Below are positions 8,271-14,633 of a stretch of 14,633 nt of DNA, piece by piece. Numbering within the stretch: the stretch's first letter is position 1; every line of letters begins with the position of its first letter. The notes beneath the pieces are model-generated. The model saw only the letters and a program-made list of their open reading frames with translations, searched no databases and was not told where the DNA came from. Source of the stretch: Oculatellaceae cyanobacterium bins.114 (GTDB lineage Bacteria > Cyanobacteriota > Cyanobacteriia > Elainellales > Elainellaceae); the NCBI GenBank assembly GCA_033764315.1, contig JANRJA010000032.1, forward strand, positions 1-14,633, given 5' to 3'. The position numbers and the translations under genes are program-made.

Positions 8271-8981
8271 TTATGCAGCTAGTTGAGAGCGTAGTTCTGT
8301 CAGCGTTACATGTCCCATGAACTTGCCGTTCGTTGTCGCTACTGGGTTGTTCTCAATTGCATGAGCAAATACAACCGCAGGATCGGACTCCAACTTCTGT
8401 AAATACCTATGTAGAAATGGATATTCCTTCTGCAACTCAAATAGCTGATGATACTCAATCCAACGCCCAATTCCAGCTAAATATGCATCTGCTACTGTAT
8501 GTTTTTCACCCCCCAAAAGCCATTCTCGATCAGCCAGTTGTTGATTAAGATAAGCACAGTTTTTAGCAACCTCCATCTGCCCAAGTCTCCTAAGCAGTTC
8601 CTGATCAGACTGCTCTAGTTCCTGCACTTCATAAACCATCCAGAGCGGGTTAAATGATGAATAAAAGTCTGTATTGAGATAGGCTAACATCTGGTTGAGT
8701 CGATCGAACTCTCTCGTGCCCTGTCGGAAGCCCAGCTCCTGATCTAAACCTTGGTTGGCAAGATTTAGCAGTATCGCCAAACTTTCGGTTAGTACCTGTC
8801 CGTTTTCTAGTAGTAGAGCTGGAGTGAGGTAAAGCGGATTAATATCACCGTAGAGCTTATCCCAGGGTTGCTCAAGCATTTCGATACGGCAGAGTTGGTA
8901 CGGTTTTCCTAGCCATTCTAATGCTACGATCGATCCGAATGAACTACCTTGCGGTACACCATAAAATAATGTGGGTCGCAT
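8271..8981 (-). CDS. Glutathione S-transferase family protein
   Basis: N-terminal domain INP...TPAL...GQVLTESLAIL and C-terminal TVADAYL motif. ATG 8981 is preceded by AAGGAGA. Confidence 0.88.
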   Translation of the reverse strand: MRPTLFYGVPQGSSFGSIVALEWLGKPYQLCRIEMLEQPWDKLYGDINPLYLTPALLLENGQVLTESLAILLNLANQGLDQELGFRQGTREFDRLNQMLAYLNTDFYSSFNPLWMVYEVQELEQSDQELLRRLGQMEVAKNCAYLNQQLADREWLLGGEKHTVADAYLAGIGRWIEYHQLFELQKEYPFLHRYLQKLESDPAVVFAHAIENNPVATTNGKFMGHVTLTELRSQLAA

Positions 8982-9229
8982 AAGTTGTCTCCTTAACCTG
9001 TTCATAAATACTCAGCTTTAACCCAAAAAGTAGAGATTGGTTATTGCCATCAACTCCTTGTTAGGAAAAGCTTATAGGCAAGACTTTGATAAGCGTCACA
9101 TTTTTAGATTAAGGAAATGCTCTATCCTCGCGCTATCTAATTCTTGCGCTACTATCACATTCTTGAGATGAGTTGCCAAACAAGCTCGTAACAGCACAAG
9201 AATCTATCCAAAGATAGAGAAATTTTGCT

Positions 9230-9247
9230 TTCACCTAGTTAGGTGAA
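9230..9247. promoter_or_regulatory. Palindrome upstream of the DHFR-like gene, candidate operator
   Basis: TTCACCTA-GT-TAGGTGAA has perfect 8-bp arms and ends 34 bp before ATG 9282. Confidence 0.35.
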
Positions 9248-9281
9248 GTAGATAGAGTAAGCAATTTGAGAAGGTTTGCGT

Positions 9282-9854
9282 ATGTCTAAACTGATTTATC
9301 TTGTTGCCTGTACGGTCGATCGCTTTATCGCTCGCAACGATGGCTCCTTTGACTTCTTTCTCATGGAAGGAGACCACGTTGCAGATTTGCTTTCTACCTT
9401 TCCTGAAACCATTCCAGCCCATCTACGAGACATGTTAGGAATTACGGCTGAAAATCAACACTTTGATAGCGTTTTGATGGGACGCAGAACTTACGAAGTT
9501 GGTGTAAAAGAGGGAATTACAAATCCCTACCCGCAAATGAACCAGTATCTTTTCTCCCGTATTATTCAGCAAAGCCCCAATCCTGCCGTTGAATTGGTTT
9601 TATCTGATCCAGCCCTATTTGTTCAAGAACTCAAGCAGAAACCAGGTAAAGATATTTGGTTATGTGGGGGTGGAGACTTAGCAACGGTGTTATTTCCAGC
9701 GATCGATGAAATGATTTTGAAAGTACATCCCTTTCTACTTGGCTCAGGGATTCCACTCTTCTCAGGAACGATCCCACTTACTTCTTTACGATTAACTGAC
9801 AGCAAAATTTATAACAACAGTTTCATGTTGTTGAACTATCAAGTGAATCATTAG
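9282..9854 (+). CDS. Dihydrofolate reductase / RibD C-terminal domain protein
   Basis: LIYLVACTVD.FIA..DG, VLMGRRTYE, KDIWLCGGG.LA, IDEMILKVHP.LLGSGIPLF. Confidence 0.9.
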   Translation: MSKLIYLVACTVDRFIARNDGSFDFFLMEGDHVADLLSTFPETIPAHLRDMLGITAENQHFDSVLMGRRTYEVGVKEGITNPYPQMNQYLFSRIIQQSPNPAVELVLSDPALFVQELKQKPGKDIWLCGGGDLATVLFPAIDEMILKVHPFLLGSGIPLFSGTIPLTSLRLTDSKIYNNSFMLLNYQVNH

Positions 9855-10019
9855 GTTCTATTTCCTGAGTAGTTACCTTATGTCAATATCAAAATTCTGT
9901 GATTGCTTTTCACACTGTCTGCTGAATTCTCATGGGAATAGATAACAGTTAGAGGTGAGTTAGGTTAGCATAATAAGTGAATTTGCTACTTTTAGAGAAG
10001 AAATATTAAGCATATTCCT

Positions 10020-10280
10020 ATGACTCCTGAAGAGAATAGTCCGAAGCGTCGTACTTTTACCGAGTTGTCTCAGCAATTTTTTCTGGGCATTGCCTTTGGA
10101 GTGTTGCTGACACTGATTCCTCTAACCTATCTTTCACTCTCAACGCTAGAAATGAAACCGCTGTATGGAGAAGTCATGGCAGCACTGGTTTTAACCTGTG
10201 GGCTATTGGCAGTTCTTTTAGGGAAAAAGTTTTTGCAACCTTTAATTGCCTTCCTCGAATCACTTCCCCCAATTGGGTAA
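10020..10280 (+). CDS. Small hypothetical membrane protein
   Basis: 86-aa ATG ORF with two hydrophobic helices. Confidence 0.6.
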   Translation: MTPEENSPKRRTFTELSQQFFLGIAFGVLLTLIPLTYLSLSTLEMKPLYGEVMAALVLTCGLLAVLLGKKFLQPLIAFLESLPPIG

Positions 10281-10295
10281 TTTCATCACGTTTAT

Positions 10296-10565
10296 TCAAT
10301 GTTCGATACAGAGTGCGATCGCCTCTTTTGCTGCTTGCAACACGCGATCGCGTAACTCTAAAAATTCAATCACTTCCATTTGTCCACCAAACCCCAATAC
10401 ATAGGCACAATCAGCTTTCTCGACATCAAACCGCAGTGAAATATGAACCCACCCATCGACATCAGGGGCATCAATCATCTGTTCGATGTGAGCAAAATAT
10501 CCCGCATATCGTCACCAAGGCATTGCCCCTGGAGCGACTCGCCCCGTTACGCCATAATAGGGCAT
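10296..10565 (-). pseudogene. C-terminal remnant of a YafY/WYL-type transcriptional regulator (WCX-like tail)
   Basis: Translates MPYYGVTGRVAPGAMPW*RYAGYFAHIEQMIDAPDVDGWVHISLRFD...YVLGFGGQMEVIEFLELRDRV. In-frame TGA at 10512-10514. HTH and WYL domains are absent. Confidence 0.72.
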
Positions 10566-10797
10566 AGAGATTACGATCGACGACCAGATTGCAGAGGGCG
10601 ATCAAGTTTGCTCACGCGCCACCACATGCGGAACACATCAGGGCAAAGTTTTGGGGATACCTGCAACAGGTAAAGTTGTGACAATGACGGGGATGACAAC
10701 TGTGCGAATTGTTGACGGGCAGATCACCGATGGCTGGGTGAAGAATGACGTGATGGGATTGATGAATCAACTCAACGCTGGCTCTGCATCTCGTTAA
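10561..10797 (+). pseudogene. 5'-truncated SnoaL-like ester cyclase (missing from the ORF track)
   Basis: Frame from 10561 reads GIEITIDDQIAEGDQVCSRATTCGTHQGKVLGIPATGKVVTMTGMTTVRIVDGQITDGWVKNDVMGLMNQL...*, a classic ester-cyclase C-terminal half. It is preceded directly by TAG (10558-10560) and lacks its N-terminus. Confidence 0.85.
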
Positions 10798-10857
10798 GCC
10801 AATGCAGTTGATCCAACGACTTGAATTCACTTTTTAGAACAATTTTGAGAGGTCATT

Positions 10858-11766
10858 ATGCAACCACTAAAAGATAAAGTGGCGATCGTGGCGGGAGGCA
10901 CTCGTGGAGCGGGGCGAGGCATTGCGACCGAACTGGGTGCAGCCGGAGCGATCGTGTATGTGACAGGACGAAGCACTCGTACACATCGCTCAGAGTACGA
11001 TCGCCCAGAAACCATCGAGGAAACTGCAGAATTAGTGACTCAGGCAGGGGGAAAGGGCATTGCGGTTCAAGTGGATCATTTAGATCCAGAACAGGTGCGA
11101 TCGCTCATCGCTCGTGTTGAGCAAGAACAAGGACAGTTAAATATTTTGGTAAATGACATTGGCGCAGAACATTTTGCCGAGTTTGATAAACCCATTTGGG
11201 AAGTTGATCTAGAGCGGGGTCTACGTTTGTTGCGAGTGGCGATCGACACTCACCTCATCACCAGTCACTTTGCTCTGCCGTTGCTGATTCAGAAACCAGG
11301 AGGATTAGTCATTGAACTCACCGATGGAACGGCAGATTACAACAATCAGCACTATCGGCAAGCCGTAATCTATGACCTTGTGAAGAATGCAATTATTCGG
11401 ATGGCGTGGGCACTAGCACAGGAACTTAAACCGCATGACTGTACGGCAGTGTGTCTGACTCCAGGTTGGTTACGGTCAGAAATGATGTTAGACCATTTTG
11501 GAGTGAGTGAAGCCAACTGGCAGGATGCTACAACCAAAGAACCACACTTCATCATTTCTGAAACTCCCCGTTATGTTGGACGTGCCGTTGCTCATCTGGC
11601 TGGTGATCCAGAGGTTGCTCGTTGGAATGGTCAGTCGCTTTCCAGTGGTCAACTTGCTAAGGTCTATGGCTTTACTGATCTGGATGGTTCTCAACCGGAT
11701 GCGTGGCGTTACATCCAGGAGGTGACAGAAATGGGTAAACCTGCTGATGCGACTGGATACCGATGA
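10858..11766 (+). CDS. SDR family oxidoreductase (DHRS1-like)
   Basis: VAIVAGGTRGAGRGIA Rossmann motif, VYVTGRS, LVND, catalytic YDLVK, LTPGWLRSE; RBS GAGAGG. Confidence 0.92.
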   Translation: MQPLKDKVAIVAGGTRGAGRGIATELGAAGAIVYVTGRSTRTHRSEYDRPETIEETAELVTQAGGKGIAVQVDHLDPEQVRSLIARVEQEQGQLNILVNDIGAEHFAEFDKPIWEVDLERGLRLLRVAIDTHLITSHFALPLLIQKPGGLVIELTDGTADYNNQHYRQAVIYDLVKNAIIRMAWALAQELKPHDCTAVCLTPGWLRSEMMLDHFGVSEANWQDATTKEPHFIISETPRYVGRAVAHLAGDPEVARWNGQSLSSGQLAKVYGFTDLDGSQPDAWRYIQEVTEMGKPADATGYR

Positions 11767-11844
11767 GATCAGCACTTACTCTGATTTTCTAAGGTGGGCG
11801 ATCGCCCGAACATGGTTCCAGAACGTCTAGTGCATCAGGATTAT

Positions 11845-12223
11845 TTACGCCAAGCCACTGGTTTCATCCTTACCCTCGGTTTTAATGACGAAAGCTTTTA
11901 ATTCGACCAACCGACCATCGCGAAAGTGCCAGACATCGCAGTACGAGTAATCAGTCGCTTTCCCGTCTTTGTCCTTCAGTGTAATATCACCGAGGGCTGT
12001 GACAAAATCACCCTCAGCGATGAAGTGCGCGACCCTAAACTTTGGTGGCTCTAGGTAGGTCAGTACCATCCATTGGCGAACGGCTTCTTTCCCTCTCAGG
12101 GTTCTGTCGCCTACAAATGTCCATTCCGTGTCGTCGGTGCAGAACGACAAGAATCCTTCATAGTTGCCTGTAGCGATCGCCACATTTGCTTCTTCTAAAA
12201 TTGCTTTATTTTGTCTCTGACAT
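11845..12223 (-). pseudogene. SnoaL/NTF2 family protein with a +1 frameshift near the start (pseudogene or sequencing error)
   Basis: ATG 12223 gives MSETK*. Removing one A from the A4 run (12209-12212) restores MSETNKAILEEANVAIATGNYEGFL, continuing into ORF 11845..12183 (FIAEGDFV, YCDVWHFRDG). Confidence 0.75.
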
Positions 12224-12279
12224 CTGATATTTAAGTGGATGCTCTAACGGAGCCGTCTCTGCTGCCACTGATACGAAAC

Positions 12280-12681
12280 TCATGGAACAATTGCAGTCAC
12301 GCGGATTTCAATTCGCATCGTTGGAAGTCCAAGAGCCGCGACTCCTACCTGTGTCCAAATTGGGGCATGGTTGGGCATGTAATGGCGATATAGCCTGACC
12401 ATCACATCGTTAACCTCTGGGGGCAAGCCGCCGACATGGTAAGAATTGACGTGGACAACGTGCTCCCAACCCGCCCCGGCAGTTGCCAGCGTTCGCTCTA
12501 CGTTCCGAAATGCCTGAGCAATCTCGTCCGCGAGCGATTCAGGAATTTGCAGGTTGTCATTCCAGCCACCTTGACCGGATGTCTCCACGCGATCGCCAAT
12601 TTTGACCGCTTGCGAGTAATGCAATTCATTCAGCATGTATTCCCCATAGCCAGGAGTGACAAAAAATTCGGGCTTATTCAT
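12280..12681 (-). CDS. Rid (YjgF/YER057c/UK114) family protein, non-RidA subfamily
   Basis: YSQAVKIGDRVETSGQGG, QAFRNVERTL..AG, PIWTQVGVAAL..P.MRIEI. ATG 12681 follows AAGGA. Confidence 0.9.
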   Translation of the reverse strand: MNKPEFFVTPGYGEYMLNELHYSQAVKIGDRVETSGQGGWNDNLQIPESLADEIAQAFRNVERTLATAGAGWEHVVHVNSYHVGGLPPEVNDVMVRLYRHYMPNHAPIWTQVGVAALGLPTMRIEIRVTAIVP

Positions 12682-12689
12682 GGTGTTCC

Positions 12690-12992
12690 TTATTCTCTGT
12701 ACCAGACATGCACACATTGAAAGTAGTTGACTGTAACGCCCTGGCTGATCATCACTGGGTGGAAAGCATTACTGGTCGTCAATCCGTAGTCACCATCGCT
12801 TGTGCCTTCGATGCGATCGGGTAAAACAACGGTTTCAATATTGATCACCTGTATTGTTGTATTGTCGATCCACTGATTGACAGCACTCACAACCTCAGAG
12901 AAGGATTCATAACCGGAAGCGCCGCCGAAGGGTCCCCGTTCAGTAATTCGAGGTGCAAAATCTTTGCATTTAATCATTGTAAAACTCTTCAT
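12690..12992 (-). CDS. Hypothetical protein
   Basis: About 100-aa ORF (KDFAPR...NQWI....QVINIETVVLP...Q.V.VWY) packed tightly between VanZ and Rid. Start is ATG 12992 or 12977. Confidence 0.7.
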   Translation of the reverse strand: MKSFTMIKCKDFAPRITERGPFGGASGYESFSEVVSAVNQWIDNTTIQVINIETVVLPDRIEGTSDGDYGLTTSNAFHPVMISQGVTVNYFQCVHVWYRE

Positions 12993-13031
12993 AGTAAGGT
13001 TTTGTGGGCATGGCCCAGGTAGCTCAGGCAA

Positions 13032-14195
13032 TTATTTAGAGGTGGAAAAATTATCTTTTTTGTGGGGTAAAAGATGAGCCGCAAAATCGAAATAGAAGAG
13101 GCGATGCCCTTTATTTGCAATGACGATCGCAATATGAAGTCCTAACATTCCCCATATCAGTAATACCGCGAGAGACAATCCTGCCTGTGCAAATATCAAG
13201 ACAGGGTAGAATGCCGAAGTTCTCTCCAGTTGGATTTGGTTCGACAGTCTAGGGACTGCTGACAGAAAGAACGGAAAGTAAAGTGCTAGCGATCGCACAA
13301 GAAAATGGATTGGTAAGGCTTTGTCTGTTCCACTAGAGATGAGTTGAAATCTCAAAGTTCTTGTACCAGGTGTTTTTCCTTTCCATCGCAGCGGCACAAG
13401 ACAGAAAATCCCTAGAAAACCTATTAAGGTATAAAGCCACTCCGGAACCCAGTTCGCTGCAAAAGGAGCTACCAATATCCAACTTGCTTTAATCAGAAGG
13501 GAGTCTATCGCCACTGCAAGTAGTTGAACGACTGGCGATACAATTGCTCGTTTAAGCATTTGCTCTTTTTTGGCAAGCAAGCTCTGTTGAGATGGAAACA
13601 AGAGCAGAATAACTGGAGCAATACCAAAACCTAATAAAGCACCTGTACTGTTCAAGATCAAATCATCAACGTCAAAGATTCGATAGGGGCAAGTATATAA
13701 CCCATACAATCCGGTGAGTTGCGTCACTTCATAAAACAGTGAAAGCGCAAAACTCAAGCTGAATGCTCGTCTCCAAGAGTACTTGTCTTGAAAGAAGTAG
13801 CGTAAATATACTCCAAATGGAAGCAACAACAAGAAATTAAACATGACTTGCAGAAATGCGGGTTCTGCAAGCACTTGTATGTAAGTTGATGGTCGGTACC
13901 AAACAGCTCCGGTTTCTCGCAATATGTCCCACACGAAAGAGAATGGCACTAAAGAATAATAGACAGTGCCAGGAGTTTGCAGCGCGCAGGTATCTCTCAC
14001 CGCTGGCACTGGTAGCACCACGAGAAAGAAGGCACACAGCATATAGAACATAAAGGAATAGAAAATGAGTGAGAGCCGCCAACTCAAGAACCCGTACTTC
14101 CTGTAGTGATAGATCAACCAGGGAAGCGTCAGCATCAATCCGAGCAGCGGAAACAGAATCAATGCAGTGACCAATGAAATTCTGTATGTGGACAT
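13032..14195 (-). CDS. VanZ family membrane protein with C-terminal RDD-like domain
   Basis: FNFLLLLPFGVYLRY, SLFYEVTQ, RIFDVDDLILNSTG (VanZ); LLAVAID and GKTPG...LR (RDD-like). Confidence 0.88.
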   Translation of the reverse strand: MSTYRISLVTALILFPLLGLMLTLPWLIYHYRKYGFLSWRLSLIFYSFMFYMLCAFFLVVLPVPAVRDTCALQTPGTVYYSLVPFSFVWDILRETGAVWYRPSTYIQVLAEPAFLQVMFNFLLLLPFGVYLRYFFQDKYSWRRAFSLSFALSLFYEVTQLTGLYGLYTCPYRIFDVDDLILNSTGALLGFGIAPVILLLFPSQQSLLAKKEQMLKRAIVSPVVQLLAVAIDSLLIKASWILVAPFAANWVPEWLYTLIGFLGIFCLVPLRWKGKTPGTRTLRFQLISSGTDKALPIHFLVRSLALYFPFFLSAVPRLSNQIQLERTSAFYPVLIFAQAGLSLAVLLIWGMLGLHIAIVIANKGHRLFYFDFAAHLLPHKKDNFSTSK

Positions 14196-14236
14196 ATCAT
14201 GTACCTTGAATGCTGATCTATCAAACCCATCGATAG

Positions 14237-14310
14237 AAATGAGGTTGCCAGGGCATCGCTCACCCTTTTGTAAAACCTTTCAAAATGAGGTTTTGTAGGC
14301 AGTGCTCACC
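14237..14310. repeat. Two imperfect 28-bp direct repeats (period 46), degenerate REP-like
   Basis: AAATGAGGTTgccagGGCAtcGCTCACC (14237-14264) versus AAATGAGGTTttgtaGGCAgtGCTCACC (14283-14310), 21/28 identical. Confidence 0.45.
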
Positions 14311-14317
14311 TTATTGG

Positions 14318-14632
14318 CTACAACAACCATTGGGTCAGCGGATGAACCAGGTAGCGGAGCGAGAACGCCTCCCAGATCGCGCCGACGATGAACAGTGGAA
14401 GCGTGGACAGACTCAGCCAACCGAGCTGTTGCAGCCCACGGACGTAACCCTGCCGATGGTTCCGAGTGCCGATGGTGGCGGGGCGAACCCAAGACCGACC
14501 CAGGATGTATGCGCCAAACATCAGGAGGGCGTAAGCTTGGAATTCGATGAGTATTGTCAGCGAGTGCGGGATCAGTGCCACCGCCATAGCCTTGGTAGTC
14601 GGAACCATCACTAAACCGAGAGTGAACGTCTT
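14318..14632 (-). CDS. SpoIIM-like (stage II sporulation protein M / DUF95) membrane protein, 5'-partial
   Basis: Frame is open to the window end. Hydrophobic, with LIPHSLTILIEFQAY and a terminal GAIWEA motif. Confidence 0.65.
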   Translation of the reverse strand, partial: KTFTLGLVMVPTTKAMAVALIPHSLTILIEFQAYALLMFGAYILGRSWVRPATIGTRNHRQGYVRGLQQLGWLSLSTLPLFIVGAIWEAFSLRYLVHPLTQWLL

Positions 14633-14633
14633 A

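Larger units (their letters stand above)
1066..13296. repeat. Dispersed HIP1 octamers (GCGATCGC), about 21 copies
   Basis: Hand-located at 1066, 1192, 2148, 2530, 2536, 2852, 3961, 4398, 4515, 4720, 5374, 7513, 7719, 7870, 10315, 10344, 11097, 11798, 12173, 12589 and 13289. This density is a cyanobacterial hallmark. Confidence 0.9.

Noticed and set aside
9898..9914. CRP-like site TGTGA-N7-TCACA
   Set aside because: The spacer is 7 bp rather than the canonical 6; it could be a weak hairpin or chance.
10313..10830. Track ORFs 10313..10567, 10443..10673 and 10612..10830
   Set aside because: They are shadow frames of the WYL and ester-cyclase remnants.
11767..12279. Integron-like cassette array (short co-oriented unrelated genes; GTTAGAGC on the minus strand at 12241-12248)
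   Set aside because: No paired RYYYAAC...GTTRRRY hairpins follow the stop codons, the spacers are not repetitive, and there is no integrase in the window.
7752..12868. Other TGTCGA/TCGACA hexamers (7752, 10420, 10456, 12863) as further ECF42 promoters
   Set aside because: They lie inside coding sequence and lack a CG(A/T)C at 17-bp spacing.
1..14633. CRISPR array, tRNA/rRNA or anti-phage defence genes
   Set aside because: No regularly spaced repeats or RNA-gene signatures were seen. The WYL remnant resembles the ordinary YafY type and has no defence neighbours.

Overview
Accessory region of a cyanobacterial genome, inferred from about 21 HIP1 octamers (GCGATCGC, hand count). It starts with the 3' end of an IS5-like (DDE_Tnp_4) transposase whose element has cut off the 5' half of a RibD/DHFR-like gene. 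The centrepiece is an ECF42-type sigma factor (C-terminal TPR extension) transcribed divergently from a 7-gene operon: two YciI/DGPF proteins, SnoaL-like, PhnB-like VOC, VOC, DUF899 and DUF1579. The divergent intergenic region holds two identically spaced ECF42-type promoter motifs (TGTCGAT-N14-TTCGACT). These are pseudo-palindromic and could fire in both directions. Two small TATAGC...GCTATA-bounded MITE-like elements bracket this whole module. The rest is a patchwork of small detox/stress genes (VOC, SAM methyltransferase, glycolipid-binding-like, GST, DHFR-like, SDR, SnoaL, Rid, VanZ-RDD, SpoIIM-like). It shows clear decay: a deletion scar joining a WYL-regulator remnant back-to-back with an ester-cyclase remnant, and a +1 frameshift in a SnoaL gene. 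All family calls come from recognising motifs by eye; no database searches were run.
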